From NCBI RefSeq assembly GCF_055900595.2, contig NZ_CM148325.1: a DNA stretch of 64,000 bases; one strand, written 5' to 3'. The first letter of the stretch is position 1. Each line of letters begins with the position of its first letter. The translations under genes were made by a program, and so were the position numbers. The notes beneath the pieces were generated by a model, which was not told the DNA's origin, ran no database searches, and saw nothing but the letters and a program-made list of their open reading frames with translations. This document shows positions 33,443 to 44,837 of this stretch, one piece after another.

Positions 33443-35722
33443 ATGGATGACCAGTTAAAACAAAGTGCACTTGATTTCCATGAATTTCCAGTTCCAGGGA
33501 AAATCCAGGTTTCTCCAACCAAGCCTCTGGCAACGCAGCGCGATCTGGCGCTGGCCTACTCACCAGGCGTTGCCGCACCTTGTCTAGAAATCGAAAAAGA
33601 CCCGTTAAAAGCCTACAAATATACCGCTCGTGGTAACCTGGTGGCGGTGATCTCTAACGGTACGGCGGTGCTGGGGTTAGGCAACATTGGCGCGCTGGCA
33701 GGCAAACCGGTGATGGAAGGCAAGGGCGTTCTGTTTAAGAAATTCGCCGGGATTGATGTATTTGACATTGAAGTTGATGAACTTGACCCGGACAAATTTA
33801 TTGAAGTTGTCGCTGCGCTCGAACCGACCTTCGGCGGCATCAACCTCGAAGACATTAAAGCGCCAGAATGTTTCTATATTGAACAGAAACTGCGCGAGCG
33901 GATGAATATTCCAGTATTCCACGACGATCAGCACGGCACGGCAATTATCAGCACTGCAGCCATCCTCAACGGATTGCGCGTGGTGGAGAAAAACATCTCC
34001 GACGTGCGGATGGTGGTTTCCGGCGCGGGTGCAGCAGCAATTGCCTGTATGAACCTGCTGGTGGCGCTGGGGCTGCAAAAACATAACATCGTGGTTTGTG
34101 ATTCAAAAGGCGTTATCTATCAGGGCCGTGAGCCAAATATGGCGGAAACCAAAGCCGCATATGCGGTGGTAGATGACGGCAAACGTACCCTCGATGATGT
34201 AATTGAAGGCGCGGATATTTTCCTGGGCTGTTCCGGCCCGAAAGTGCTGACCCAGGAAATGGTTAAGAAAATGGCTCGTGCGCCGATGATCCTGGCGCTT
34301 GCGAACCCGGAACCAGAAATTCTGCCGCCGCTGGCGAAAGAAGTGCGTCCGGATGCCATCATCTGTACCGGCCGTTCCGACTACCCGAACCAGGTTAATA
34401 ACGTGCTTTGCTTCCCATTCATCTTCCGTGGCGCGTTGGACGTTGGTGCAACAGCCATCAACGAGGAAATGAAACTGGCGGCGGTACGCGCGATTGCAGA
34501 ACTGGCCCATGCGGAACAGAGCGAAGTCGTTGCTTCGGCGTATGGCGATCAAGATCTGAGCTTCGGCCCGGAATACATCATTCCAAAACCGTTTGATCCG
34601 CGTTTGATCGTTAAGATCGCTCCTGCGGTCGCTAAAGCGGCGATGGAGTCGGGCGTGGCGACGCGTCCGATTGCTGATTTCGACGTCTACATCGACAAGC
34701 TGACTGAGTTCGTTTACAAAACCAACCTGTTTATGAAGCCGATTTTCTCCCAGGCCCGCAAAGCGCCGAAGCGCGTTGTTTTACCGGAAGGGGAAGAGGC
34801 ACGCGTTCTGCATGCTACTCAGGAACTGGTGACGCTGGGACTGGCGAAACCGATCCTTATCGGTCGTCCGAACGTGATCGAAATGCGCATTCAAAAACTG
34901 GGCTTGCAGATCAAAGCGGGCGTTGATTTTGAGATCGTCAATAACGAATCCGATCCGCGTTTTAAAGAATACTGGACCGAATACTTCCAGATCATGAAGC
35001 GCCGTGGTGTAACTCAGGAGCAGGCACAGCGGGCACTGATCAGTAACCCGACAGTGATCGGCGCGATCATGGTTCAGCGTGGCGAAGCCGATGCAATGAT
35101 TTGCGGTACGGTGGGCGATTATCATGAACACTTCAGCGTGGTGAAAAATGTCTTTGGTTATCGCGATGGCGTTCACACCGCAGGCGCAATGAACGCGCTG
35201 CTATTGCCGAGTGGTAACACTTTTATTGCCGATACCTACGTCAATGACGAGCCAGACGCAGAAGAGTTGGCGGAGATCACCTTGATGGCGGCAGAAACTG
35301 TTCGTCGTTTTGGTATTGAGCCGCGTGTGGCTCTGTTGTCACACTCCAACTTTGGTTCTTCTGACTGCCCGTCGTCGAGCAAAATGCGTCAAGCGCTGGA
35401 ACTGGTCAGGGAGCGTGCGCCAGAACTGATGATTGATGGTGAAATGCACGGCGATGCAGCGCTGGTGGAAGCGATTCGCAGCGATCGTATGCCGGACAGC
35501 CCTTTGAAAGGTTCCGCCAATATTCTGGTGATGCCGAACATGGAAGCTGCCCGTATTAGTTACAACTTACTGCGCGTTTCCAGCTCGGAAGGTGTGACTG
35601 TCGGTCCGGTGCTGATGGGTGTGGCGAAACCGGTTCACGTGTTAACACCAATCGCATCCGTACGTCGTATCGTCAACATGGTGGCGCTGGCCGTGGTTGA
35701 AGCGCAAACCCAACCGCTGTAA
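33443..35722 (+). CDS. maeB: NADP-dependent malic enzyme with C-terminal phosphotransacetylase-like domain
   Basis: 759 aa [23 protein letters not shown]... Confidence 0.95.
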   Translation: MDDQLKQSALDFHEFPVPGKIQVSPTKPLATQRDLALAYSPGVAAPCLEIEKDPLKAYKYTARGNLVAVISNGTAVLGLGNIGALAGKPVMEGKGVLFKKFAGIDVFDIEVDELDPDKFIEVVAALEPTFGGINLEDIKAPECFYIEQKLRERMNIPVFHDDQHGTAIISTAAILNGLRVVEKNISDVRMVVSGAGAAAIACMNLLVALGLQKHNIVVCDSKGVIYQGREPNMAETKAAYAVVDDGKRTLDDVIEGADIFLGCSGPKVLTQEMVKKMARAPMILALANPEPEILPPLAKEVRPDAIICTGRSDYPNQVNNVLCFPFIFRGALDVGATAINEEMKLAAVRAIAELAHAEQSEVVASAYGDQDLSFGPEYIIPKPFDPRLIVKIAPAVAKAAMESGVATRPIADFDVYIDKLTEFVYKTNLFMKPIFSQARKAPKRVVLPEGEEARVLHATQELVTLGLAKPILIGRPNVIEMRIQKLGLQIKAGVDFEIVNNESDPRFKEYWTEYFQIMKRRGVTQEQAQRALISNPTVIGAIMVQRGEADAMICGTVGDYHEHFSVVKNVFGYRDGVHTAGAMNALLLPSGNTFIADTYVNDEPDAEELAEITLMAAETVRRFGIEPRVALLSHSNFGSSDCPSSSKMRQALELVRERAPELMIDGEMHGDAALVEAIRSDRMPDSPLKGSANILVMPNMEAARISYNLLRVSSSEGVTVGPVLMGVAKPVHVLTPIASVRRIVNMVALAVVEAQTQPL

Positions 35723-35739
35723 TTCATTCTTAACTCTCA

Positions 35740-35772
35740 CGCTTACCCTGAATATTCAGGGTAAGCGGTTTT
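35740..35772 (+). terminator. Rho-independent terminator after maeB
   Basis: Perfect hairpin CGCTTACCCTGAATATTCAGGGTAAGCG followed by GTTTT. Confidence 0.5.
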
Positions 35773-36013
35773 ACTGCAATATATTAGTAAAGCTTATTAC
35801 TAAGTTTTCGAGTAATAAAAAAGCAGCATATAAACTATCTCGATATTATTTTATTTATATTCATGCGTTGCATATGAAAGTTTATGCATCACAGTAAATA
35901 TCTCTCCATTCTTAGTGATCTACCTCACCTTTTAAACGCGCTTGCCGAATTTTGTTATTTACTCTGACGAAAAATTGTCACGATACACGCAAGTTTTTCA
36001 CAGGCGGCGACTC
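35773..36013 (+). promoter_or_regulatory. AT-rich control region upstream of eutS (main eut promoter region)
   Basis: About 240 bp of non-coding AT-rich DNA between the maeB terminator and eutS; expected site of the EutR-dependent promoter. No specific operator identified. Confidence 0.4.
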
Positions 36014-36349
36014 ATGGATAAAGAACGCATCATTCAGGAATTTGTGCCCGGCAAACAGGTCACACTGGCGCATCTCATCGCGCATCCCGGCGAGGAACTG
36101 GCGAAGAAAATCGGCGTTCCGGATGCGGGCGCAATCGGCATTATGACGCTAACACCCGGCGAAACGGCGATGATCGCCGGTGATTTAGCGCTGAAAGCCG
36201 CCGATGTGCATATCGGTTTTCTCGACCGTTTTAGCGGCGCGCTGGTGATTTATGGCTCGGTGGGTGCAGTAGAAGAAGCGTTATCACAAACCGTCAGTGG
36301 TTTAGGTCGCTTATTAAATTATACGCTGTGTGAAATGACCAAAAGTTAA
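36014..36349 (+). CDS. eutS: Ethanolamine microcompartment shell protein (BMC domain)
   Basis: 111 aa from [32 protein letters not shown]... Confidence 0.92.
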
Positions 36350-36361
36350 TACGAGGCATTC

Positions 36362-36841
36362 ATGAAACGAATTGCGTTTGTGGGTACCGTCGGGGCAGGA
36401 AAAACAACGTTATTTAATGCGTTGCAGGGGAATTATACCCTCGCCAGAAAAACACAGGCCGTGGAATTTAATGATAAGGGCGATATTGATACGCCGGGTG
36501 AATATTTTAGCCATCCCCGCTGGTATCACGCCTTAATTACCACGCTACAGGATGTGGACATGCTGATTTATGTCCACGGCGCGAATGACCCGGAAAGCCG
36601 ATTGCCTGCCGGGTTGCTGGATATTGGTGCCAGCAAACGGCAAATCGCCGTCATCAGTAAAACGGACATGCCGGATGCTGACGTCGCAGCAACGCGAAAG
36701 TTATTGCTTGAAACTGGTTTTGAAGAGCCGATTTTCGAGCTAAACAGCCACGACCCGCAAAGCGTGCAGCAACTGGTGAATTATCTGGCATCTCTCACCG
36801 AACAGGAGGAAGCAGGTGAAAAAACTCATCACAGCGAATGA
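36362..36841 (+). CDS. eutP: Ethanolamine utilization GTPase/acetate kinase-like protein (EutP/PduV family)
   Basis: 159 aa with Walker A GTVGAGKTT. Confidence 0.92.
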   Translation: MKRIAFVGTVGAGKTTLFNALQGNYTLARKTQAVEFNDKGDIDTPGEYFSHPRWYHALITTLQDVDMLIYVHGANDPESRLPAGLLDIGASKRQIAVISKTDMPDADVAATRKLLLETGFEEPIFELNSHDPQSVQQLVNYLASLTEQEEAGEKTHHSE

Positions 36842-37517
36842 TATTCGTGAAGCACATGCGCGCGGCGAACAGGCAATGTCTGTGGTTCTGCGCGCCAGCA
36901 TTATTACCCCGGAAGCCCGCGAAGTGGCGGACTTGTTGGGGTTTACCATCACCGAATGCACTGAATCGACGCCAGTAGCGGCATCTGTTCCCGTCAGCGT
37001 GCCTGCCGATAAAACTGAAAGCCAGCGTATCCGCGAAACCATCATCGCCCAGCTGCCGGAAGGCCAGTTTACCGAAAGCCTGGTCGCGCAGCTGATGGAA
37101 AAAGTGATGAAGGAAAAACAGTCGCTGGAGCAGGGGGCAATGCAGCCGAGTTTTAAATCGGTGACCGGCAAAGGCGGCATCAAAGTTATTGATGGCAGCA
37201 GCGTGAAGTTTGGTCGTTTCGATGGCGCGGAACCGCACTGCGTAGGCTTGACTGATCTCGTGACCGGAGACGACGGCAGCAGCATGGCCGCCGGTTTTAT
37301 GCAGTGGGAGAACGCCTTCTTCCCGTGGACCCTGAACTACGACGAAATCGACATGGTACTGGAAGGGGAGCTTCATGTTCGCCATGAAGGCGAAACCATG
37401 ATCGCTAAAGCAGGCGACGTGATGTTTATCCCGAAAGGTTCCAGCATCGAATTTGGTACGACATCCAGTGTGAAATTCCTGTATGTCGCCTGGCCGGCTA
37501 ACTGGCAATCCCTATGA
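36816..37517 (+). CDS. eutQ: Ethanolamine utilization cupin-domain protein
   Basis: 233 aa; start overlaps the eutP 3' end by 26 nt. Confidence 0.92.
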   Translation: MKKLITANDIREAHARGEQAMSVVLRASIITPEAREVADLLGFTITECTESTPVAASVPVSVPADKTESQRIRETIIAQLPEGQFTESLVAQLMEKVMKEKQSLEQGAMQPSFKSVTGKGGIKVIDGSSVKFGRFDGAEPHCVGLTDLVTGDDGSSMAAGFMQWENAFFPWTLNYDEIDMVLEGELHVRHEGETMIAKAGDVMFIPKGSSIEFGTTSSVKFLYVAWPANWQSL

Positions 37518-38317
37518 AAGATTTCATCACCGAAGCATGGCTAAGAGCGAACCATACGCTCAGCGAAGGCGCAGAGATCCATCTCCCTGCGGACAGTCGC
37601 CTGACGCCCTCTGCCCGGGAGTTACTGGAAAGCCGCCATCTGCGCATCAAGTTTATTGACGAGCAGGGCCGCCTGTTTGTTGACGATGAACAGCAGCAGC
37701 TACAGCCCGTTCACGTGCTGACCAGTAGTGATGAACATCCGCAGGCGTGCTGCGAACTGTGTCACCAGCCAGTGGCGAAAAAGCCGGACACGCTGACTCA
37801 CCTGTCGGCGGAAAAAATGGTCGCCAAAAGCGATCCGCGCCTGGGTTTTCGCGCTGTTCTCGACAGCACCATTGCGCTGGTAGTGTGGCTGCAAATTGAG
37901 CTGACAGAACCGTGGCAGCCGTGGCTGGCGGATATCCGTTCGCGTCTTGGCAACATTATGCGTGCCGATGTGTTGGGCGAACCGATGGGCTGCCAGGCGA
38001 TTGTCGGGTTTTCTGACGAAGATCTGCATCGACTTTCTCACCAGCCACTGCGTTATCTCGACCACGATCATCTGGTGCCGGAAGCCAGCCACGGACGCGA
38101 TGCGGCGTTGCTGAATCTGCTACGCACCAAAGTGCGGGAAACCGAAACCGTCGCGGCGCAGGTGTTTATTACCCGTAGTTTTGAAGTATTACGCCCGGAC
38201 ATCTTGCAGGCGCTGAACCGCCTTTCCAGCACGGTTTACGTGATGATGATTTTGAGCGTAACGAAGCAGCCGCTAACGGTGAAGCAGATCCAACAACGAC
38301 TGGGGGAAACGCAATGA
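37514..38317 (+). CDS. eutT: Ethanolamine utilization corrinoid adenosyltransferase
   Basis: 267 aa; 4-nt overlap with eutQ. Confidence 0.92.
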   Translation: MKDFITEAWLRANHTLSEGAEIHLPADSRLTPSARELLESRHLRIKFIDEQGRLFVDDEQQQLQPVHVLTSSDEHPQACCELCHQPVAKKPDTLTHLSAEKMVAKSDPRLGFRAVLDSTIALVVWLQIELTEPWQPWLADIRSRLGNIMRADVLGEPMGCQAIVGFSDEDLHRLSHQPLRYLDHDHLVPEASHGRDAALLNLLRTKVRETETVAAQVFITRSFEVLRPDILQALNRLSSTVYVMMILSVTKQPLTVKQIQQRLGETQ

Positions 38318-39330
38318 TTATTGAACGTTGTCGTGAACTGGCGTTGCGAGCGCCCGCCAGAGTGGTTTTTCCTGATGCGTTAGACCAACGCGTGCTGAAA
38401 GCTGCGCAATATTTACATCAACAAGGTCTGGCAACGCCCATTCTGGTCGCCAATCCGTTTGAACTTCGTCAGTTTGCGCTCAGTCACGGCGTGGCGATGG
38501 ACGGGCTACAGGTGATAGATCCGCATGGCAACCTCGCAATGCGGGAAGAATTTGCTCTCCGCTGGCTGGCCCGTGCGGGCGAAAAAACGCCGCCGGATGC
38601 GCTGGAAAAACTCACCGATCCGCTGATGTTCGCTGCCGCAATGGTCAGCGCCGGGACAGCGGATGTCTGTATCGCGGGCAATCTCTCTTCCACGGCAAAT
38701 GTGCTGCGTGCCGGATTACGCATTATTGGCTTACAGCCAGGCTGTAAAACGCTCTCCTCCATTTTCCTGATGCTGCCACAGTACAGTGGCCCCGCGTTGG
38801 GCTTTGCCGATTGCAGCGTAGTGCCACAGCCGACGGCGGCACAACTGGCGGATATCGCGCTTGCCAGCGCCGAAACCTGGCGAGCCATCACCGGAGAAGA
38901 GCCGCGCGTGGCGATGTTGTCGTTCTCCAGTAACGGCAGCGCCCGTCACCCCTGCGTTGCCAACGTGCAGCAAGCGACAGAAATCGTCCGTGAGCGCGCA
39001 CCGCAGCTGGTCGTCGATGGCGAGTTGCAGTTTGACGCCGCCTTTGTGCCAGAAGTGGCGGCGCAAAAAGCGCCAGCCAGCCCGCTACAGGGCAAAGCCA
39101 ATGTGATGGTTTTTCCGTCGCTGGAGGCGGGAAATATTGGCTACAAAATCGCACAACGACTTGGCGGATATCGTGCCGTCGGGCCATTGATACAAGGACT
39201 TGCCGCGCCGATGCACGATCTCTCTCGTGGTTGTAGCGTGCAGGAAATTATCGAGCTGGCGCTGGTGGCAGCTGTGCCGCGTCAGACAGAAGTGAACCGC
39301 GAAAGCAGTTTACAAACACTGGTTGAATGA
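38314..39330 (+). CDS. eutD: Phosphotransacetylase of the eut operon
   Basis: 338-aa Pta-family protein; 4-nt overlap with eutT. Confidence 0.93.
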   Translation: MIIERCRELALRAPARVVFPDALDQRVLKAAQYLHQQGLATPILVANPFELRQFALSHGVAMDGLQVIDPHGNLAMREEFALRWLARAGEKTPPDALEKLTDPLMFAAAMVSAGTADVCIAGNLSSTANVLRAGLRIIGLQPGCKTLSSIFLMLPQYSGPALGFADCSVVPQPTAAQLADIALASAETWRAITGEEPRVAMLSFSSNGSARHPCVANVQQATEIVRERAPQLVVDGELQFDAAFVPEVAAQKAPASPLQGKANVMVFPSLEAGNIGYKIAQRLGGYRAVGPLIQGLAAPMHDLSRGCSVQEIIELALVAAVPRQTEVNRESSLQTLVE

Positions 39331-39368
39331 ACGGTCCCGTTCTGGACCCTGATAAAGAGGAAAGCACA

Positions 39369-39662
39369 ATGGAAGCATTAGGAATGATCGAAACCCGGGG
39401 CCTGGTTGCACTGATTGAGGCTTCTGATGCGATGGTGAAAGCTGCGCGCGTCAAACTGGTTGGTGTTAAGCAGATTGGTGGCGGCCTGTGTACTGCCATG
39501 GTTCGCGGTGATGTTGCAGCCTGTAAAGCCGCGACCGATGCCGGTGCCGCAGCGGCACAGCGTATCGGTGAACTGGTATCCGTACATGTTATTCCGCGTC
39601 CGCACGGCGATCTGGAAGAGGTCTTCCCGATCGGCCTGAAAGGCGATAGCAGCAACCTGTAA
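39369..39662 (+). CDS. eutM: Ethanolamine microcompartment major shell protein (BMC-H)
   Basis: 97 aa from [32 protein letters not shown]...; ORF 39327.. trimmed. Confidence 0.93.
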   Translation: MEALGMIETRGLVALIEASDAMVKAARVKLVGVKQIGGGLCTAMVRGDVAACKAATDAGAAAAQRIGELVSVHVIPRPHGDLEEVFPIGLKGDSSNL

Positions 39663-39767
39663 TCACCCTGTGTGACGTCGATCCGGGCGTCACGCTCTCT
39701 CCGTTTTCTTTTACCTTCCGCGGAGGGTAAGGAGAGCTTTTACCTGAAATACGCCACGGAGGCGGGT

Positions 39768-40055
39768 ATGAAACTGGCAGTCGTCACAGGACAAATTGTT
39801 TGTACCGTACGCCATCACGGACTGGCGCATGACAAATTGCTGATGGTGGAAATGATTGATCCACAAGGTAATCCTGATGGGCAATGTGCTGTCGCCATCG
39901 ACAATATTGGCGCGGGAACCGGGGAGTGGGTGTTGCTGGTGAGTGGCAGTTCCGCCCGCCAGGCGCATAAAAGCGAAACGTCACCGGTCGATCTGTGCGT
40001 AATTGGCATTGTCGATGAGGTGGTCTCTGGCGGTCAGGTAATTTTCCACAAATAA
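39768..40055 (+). CDS. eutN: Ethanolamine microcompartment vertex protein (BMC-P, EutN/CcmL family)
   Basis: 95 aa from MKLAVVTGQIVCTVRHHGL...; ORF trimmed to the internal Met. Confidence 0.9.
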   Translation: MKLAVVTGQIVCTVRHHGLAHDKLLMVEMIDPQGNPDGQCAVAIDNIGAGTGEWVLLVSGSSARQAHKSETSPVDLCVIGIVDEVVSGGQVIFHK

Positions 40056-40066
40056 GGCAGAACATC

Positions 40067-41470
40067 ATGAATCAACAGGATATTGAACAGGTGGTGAAAG
40101 CGGTACTGCTGAAAATGCAAAGCAGTGACACGTCGCCCGCCGCCGTTCATGAGATGGGCGTTTTTGCTTCCCTGGATGACGCCGTTGCGGCGGCCAAAAT
40201 TGCCCAGCAAGGGTTAAAAAGCGTGGCAATGCGCCAGTTAGCCATTGCTGCTATTCGTGAAGCAGGCGAAAAACACGCCAGAGATTTAGCGGAACTTGCC
40301 GTCAGTGAAACGGGTATGGGCCGCGTAGAAGATAAATTTGCCAAAAACGTCGCTCAGGCACGCGGTACGCCAGGCGTTGAGTGCCTCTCTCCACAGGTGC
40401 TGACCGGTGACAACGGCCTGACTTTAATTGAAAACGCGCCCTGGGGCGTGGTGGCTTCGGTGACGCCTTCCACTAACCCGGCGGCAACCGTAATTAATAA
40501 CGCCATCAGCCTGATTGCCGCGGGCAACAGCGTCATTTTTGCCCCGCATCCGGCGGCGAAAAAAGTCTCTCAACGGGCTATTACGTTGCTCAACCAGGCG
40601 ATTGTTGCCGCAGGCGGGCCGGAAAACTTACTGGTTACTGTGGCAAATCCAGATATCGAAACCGCGCAACGCTTATTCAAGTTTCCGGGCATCGGTCTGT
40701 TGGTGGTGACCGGCGGCGAAGCGGTGGTGGAAGCGGCGCGCAAACACACCAATAAACGTCTGATTGCCGCAGGTGCTGGCAACCCGCCGGTGGTGGTGGA
40801 TGAAACCGCCGACCTCGCCCGTGCCGCTCAGTCTATCGTCAAAGGCGCTTCTTTCGATAACAACATCATTTGTGCCGATGAAAAGGTACTGATTGTTGTT
40901 GATAGCGTAGCCGATGAACTGATGCGTCTGATGGAAGGCCAGCACGCGGTGAAACTGACCGCAGAACAGGCGCAGCGACTGCAACCGGTGTTGCTGAAAA
41001 ATATCGACGAGCGCGGAAAAGGCACCGTCAGCCGTGACTGGGTGGGGCGCGATGCGGCGAAAATCGCGGCGGCAATCGGCCTGAACGTGCCGCAAGAAAC
41101 GCGCTTGCTGTTTGTAGAAACCACCGAAGAACATCCGTTTGCCGTAACCGAATTGATGATGCCGGTGCTGCCGGTCGTGCGCGTCGCCAACGTGGAGGAT
41201 GCCATTGCGCTGGCGGTGAAACTGGAAGGCGGTTGCCACCACACGGCGGCAATGCACTCGCGCAATATCGAGAACATGAACCAAATGGCGAACGCCATTG
41301 ATACCAGTATTTTCGTTAAGAACGGACCGTGCATTGCCGGGCTGGGGCTGGGCGGGGAAGGCTGGACCACGATGACCATCACTACGCCAACCGGTGAAGG
41401 GGTAACCAGCGCGCGTACGTTTGTCCGTCTGCGTCGCTGTGTATTAGTCGATGCGTTTCGCATTGTTTAA
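40067..41470 (+). CDS. eutE: CoA-acylating acetaldehyde dehydrogenase
   Basis: 467-aa aldehyde dehydrogenase family protein. Confidence 0.94.
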   Translation: MNQQDIEQVVKAVLLKMQSSDTSPAAVHEMGVFASLDDAVAAAKIAQQGLKSVAMRQLAIAAIREAGEKHARDLAELAVSETGMGRVEDKFAKNVAQARGTPGVECLSPQVLTGDNGLTLIENAPWGVVASVTPSTNPAATVINNAISLIAAGNSVIFAPHPAAKKVSQRAITLLNQAIVAAGGPENLLVTVANPDIETAQRLFKFPGIGLLVVTGGEAVVEAARKHTNKRLIAAGAGNPPVVVDETADLARAAQSIVKGASFDNNIICADEKVLIVVDSVADELMRLMEGQHAVKLTAEQAQRLQPVLLKNIDERGKGTVSRDWVGRDAAKIAAAIGLNVPQETRLLFVETTEEHPFAVTELMMPVLPVVRVANVEDAIALAVKLEGGCHHTAAMHSRNIENMNQMANAIDTSIFVKNGPCIAGLGLGGEGWTTMTITTPTGEGVTSARTFVRLRRCVLVDAFRIV

Positions 41471-41480
41471 GGAGTAACCG

Positions 41481-42317
41481 ATGGCGCACGACGAACAATG
41501 GCTTACCCCGCGGCTGCAAACGGCGGCAACGCTGTGTAACCAGACGCCCGCCGCGTCGGAATCTCCGCTGTGGCTGGGGGTGGATCTGGGCACCTGCGAT
41601 GTGGTGTCGATGGTTGTCGACGGCGACGGTCAGCCGGTGGCGGTATGCCTCGACTGGGCCGATGTGGTCCGCGACGGCATCGTCTGGGATTTCTTCGGTG
41701 CTGTCACCATTGTTCGTCGCCATCTCGATACCCTTGAGCAGCAATTTGGTCGCCGTTTTAGCCATGCGGCGACCTCATTTCCTCCTGGTACGGACCCGCG
41801 TATTTCCATCAACGTGCTGGAGTCTGCCGGGCTGGAAGTGAGCCATGTGCTGGATGAGCCAACCGCAGTCGCGGATCTACTGCAACTGGATAACGCAGGC
41901 GTAGTGGATATTGGCGGCGGCACTACCGGAATTGCCATCGTGAAAAAGGGCAAGGTGACTTATTCAGCGGATGAAGCGACCGGCGGACATCACATTTCTC
42001 TGACTCTCGCCGGAAATCGCCGTATTTCGCTGGGAGAGGCAGAGCAGTACAAGCGCGGTCACGGTGACGAGATTTGGCCTGCGGTGAAGCCGGTGTACGA
42101 AAAAATGGCGGACATTGTTGCCCGACATATTGAAGGGCAGGGCATTACTGATTTATGGCTGGCGGGCGGCTCCTGTATGCAACCGGGCGTGGCGGAACTG
42201 TTTTGCAAACAATTCCCGGCGTTACAGGTGCATCTACCGCAGCACAGTTTGTTTATGACCCCGCTGGCGATCGCCAGTAGCGGGCGAGAGAAAGCGGAGG
42301 GGATCTATGCAAAATGA
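41481..42317 (+). CDS. eutJ: Ethanolamine utilization chaperone-like protein (actin/Hsp70 fold)
   Basis: 278 aa with DxG and GGGT ATPase motifs. Confidence 0.92.
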   Translation: MAHDEQWLTPRLQTAATLCNQTPAASESPLWLGVDLGTCDVVSMVVDGDGQPVAVCLDWADVVRDGIVWDFFGAVTIVRRHLDTLEQQFGRRFSHAATSFPPGTDPRISINVLESAGLEVSHVLDEPTAVADLLQLDNAGVVDIGGGTTGIAIVKKGKVTYSADEATGGHHISLTLAGNRRISLGEAEQYKRGHGDEIWPAVKPVYEKMADIVARHIEGQGITDLWLAGGSCMQPGVAELFCKQFPALQVHLPQHSLFMTPLAIASSGREKAEGIYAK

Positions 42318-43494
42318 ATTGCAGACCGCGCTCTTTCAGGCGTTCGATACCCTGAATCTGCAACGGGTAAAAACATTTAGCGTTCCACCGGTGACGCTTT
42401 GCGGCCCGGGCGCGGTGAGCAGTTGCGGACAGCAAGCACAAACGCGTGGGCTGAAACATCTGTTCGTGATGGCAGACAGCTTTTTGCATCAGGCGGGGAT
42501 GACCGCCGGGCTGACGCGCAGTCTGGCCGTTAAAGGCATCGCCATGACGCTCTGGCCATGTCCGGTGGGCGAACCGTGCATCACTGACGTGTGTGCCGCC
42601 GTGGCGCAACTGCGCGAATCAGGCTGTGACGGGGTGATCGCGTTTGGCGGTGGCTCGGTGCTGGATGCGGCAAAAGCCGTTGCGTTGCTGGTGACGAACC
42701 CCGACAGCACGCTGGCAGAAATGTCAGAAACCAGCGTTCTGCAACCGCGTCTGCCGCTGATTGCCATTCCAACTACCGCCGGAACCGGCTCTGAAACCAC
42801 CAATGTAACGGTGATTATCGACGCGGTGAGCGGGCGCAAGCAGGTGTTAGCACATGCCTCGTTGATGCCGGATGTGGCGATTCTCGATGCCGCGCTGACC
42901 GAAGGTGTGCCGTCGCATGTCACGGCAATGACCGGTATCGACGCGTTAACTCATGCCATTGAAGCGTACAGCGCGCTGAACGCTACACCGTTTACCGACA
43001 GTCTGGCGATTGGTGCCATTGCGATGATTGGCAAATCACTGCCGAAAGCAGTGGGCTACGGTCACGACCTTGCCGCGCGCGAGAGTATGTTGCTGGCTTC
43101 ATGCATGGCGGGAATGGCATTTTCCAGTGCCGGACTTGGGTTATGTCACGCGATGGCGCATCAGCCGGGGGCGGCGCTGCATATTCCGCACGGACTGGCG
43201 AACGCCATGCTGCTGCCCACGGTGATGGAGTTTAACCGGATGGTCTGTCGCGAACGCTTTAGTCAGATTGGTCGGGCGCTGCGAACTAAAAAATCCGACG
43301 ATCGTGATGCTATTAACGCGGTAAGTGAGCTGATTGCGGAAGTCGGGATTGGTAAACGACTGGGCGATGTTGGTGCGGCATCTGCGCATTACGGCGCATG
43401 GGCGCAGGCCGCGCTGGAAGATATTTGTCTGCGCAGCAACCCGCGTACCGCCAGCCTGGAGCAGATTGTCGGCTTGTACGCAGCGGCGCAATAA
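42307..43494 (+). CDS. eutG: Iron-containing alcohol dehydrogenase of the eut operon
   Basis: 395-aa Fe-ADH family protein; overlaps the eutJ end by 11 nt. Confidence 0.93.
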   Translation: MQNELQTALFQAFDTLNLQRVKTFSVPPVTLCGPGAVSSCGQQAQTRGLKHLFVMADSFLHQAGMTAGLTRSLAVKGIAMTLWPCPVGEPCITDVCAAVAQLRESGCDGVIAFGGGSVLDAAKAVALLVTNPDSTLAEMSETSVLQPRLPLIAIPTTAGTGSETTNVTVIIDAVSGRKQVLAHASLMPDVAILDAALTEGVPSHVTAMTGIDALTHAIEAYSALNATPFTDSLAIGAIAMIGKSLPKAVGYGHDLAARESMLLASCMAGMAFSSAGLGLCHAMAHQPGAALHIPHGLANAMLLPTVMEFNRMVCRERFSQIGRALRTKKSDDRDAINAVSELIAEVGIGKRLGDVGAASAHYGAWAQAALEDICLRSNPRTASLEQIVGLYAAAQ

Positions 43495-43496
43495 AT

Positions 43497-43580
<84 letters not shown>

Positions 43581-43610
43581 ATAAATAACAACTAACAGGG
43601 AGTAAAGGCG

Positions 43611-44837
43611 ATGGGAATTAACGAAATCATCATGTACATCATGATGTTCTTTATGCTGATAGCTGCCGTGGACAGGATCCTGTCGCAGTTCGGCGGTTCT
43701 GCTCGTTTCCTCGGTAAGTTCGGTAAAAGTATCGAAGGATCCGGCGGCCAGTTCGAAGAAGGCTTTATGGCAATGGGCGCACTGGGCCTGGCGATGGTCG
43801 GTATGACCGCACTGGCACCAGTTCTGGCCCACGTACTTGGGCCGGTGATTATCCCGGTTTACGAAATGCTCGGTGCTAACCCATCGATGTTCGCCGGAAC
43901 ACTGCTGGCGTGCGACATGGGCGGCTTCTTCCTCGCGAAAGAGCTGGCGGGCGGCGATGTGGCAGCGTGGCTATACTCTGGGTTAATTCTCGGATCGATG
44001 ATGGGGCCAACGATTGTGTTTTCCATTCCGGTGGCGCTCGGCATTATCGAACCTTCTGACCGTCGTTATCTGGCGCTCGGCGTGCTGGCGGGCATTGTGA
44101 CCATTCCAATTGGCTGTATCGCTGGAGGTCTGGTAGCTATGTATTCCGGTGTGCAGATCAACGGGCAGCCGGTGGAATTCACCTTTGCGCTTATCCTGAT
44201 GAATATGATCCCGGTACTTATCGTCGCGGTACTGGTGGCGCTGGGGCTGAAATTCATCCCGGAAAAAATGATCAACGGCTTCCAGATCTTCGCCAAGTTC
44301 CTCGTTGCATTGATCACCCTCGGTCTTGCTGCCGCGGTAGTGAAATTCCTCCTTGGCTGGGAACTGATCCCCGGTCTTGATCCGATCTTTATGGCCCCTG
44401 GCGATAAACCCGGTGAAGTGATGCGCGCCATTGAAGTTATCGGTTCTATCTCCTGCGTGCTGTTAGGGGCGTATCCGATGGTGCTGCTGCTGACCCGCTG
44501 GTTTGAAAAACCGCTGATGAGCGTCGGTAAAGTGCTGAATATGAACAACATCGCGGCAGCCGGCATGGTGGCAACGCTTGCCAACAACATCCCGATGTTT
44601 GGCATGATGAAGCAGATGGATACCCGCGGCAAAGTCATCAACTGTGCCTTCGCCGTTTCCGCTGCTTTCGCCCTGGGTGACCACTTAGGCTTCGCCGCTG
44701 CCAACATGAACGCCATGATCTTCCCGATGATTGTCGGCAAGTTGATCGGCGGCGTAACGGCGATTGGCGTGGCGATGATGCTGGTGCCAAAAGAAGACGC
44801 GACCGCGGCTAAAACCGAAGCGGAGGCACAATCGTGA
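43611..44837 (+). CDS. eutH: Ethanolamine permease / transporter
   Basis: 408-aa polytopic membrane protein. Confidence 0.93.
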   Translation: MGINEIIMYIMMFFMLIAAVDRILSQFGGSARFLGKFGKSIEGSGGQFEEGFMAMGALGLAMVGMTALAPVLAHVLGPVIIPVYEMLGANPSMFAGTLLACDMGGFFLAKELAGGDVAAWLYSGLILGSMMGPTIVFSIPVALGIIEPSDRRYLALGVLAGIVTIPIGCIAGGLVAMYSGVQINGQPVEFTFALILMNMIPVLIVAVLVALGLKFIPEKMINGFQIFAKFLVALITLGLAAAVVKFLLGWELIPGLDPIFMAPGDKPGEVMRAIEVIGSISCVLLGAYPMVLLLTRWFEKPLMSVGKVLNMNNIAAAGMVATLANNIPMFGMMKQMDTRGKVINCAFAVSAAFALGDHLGFAAANMNAMIFPMIVGKLIGGVTAIGVAMMLVPKEDATAAKTEAEAQS

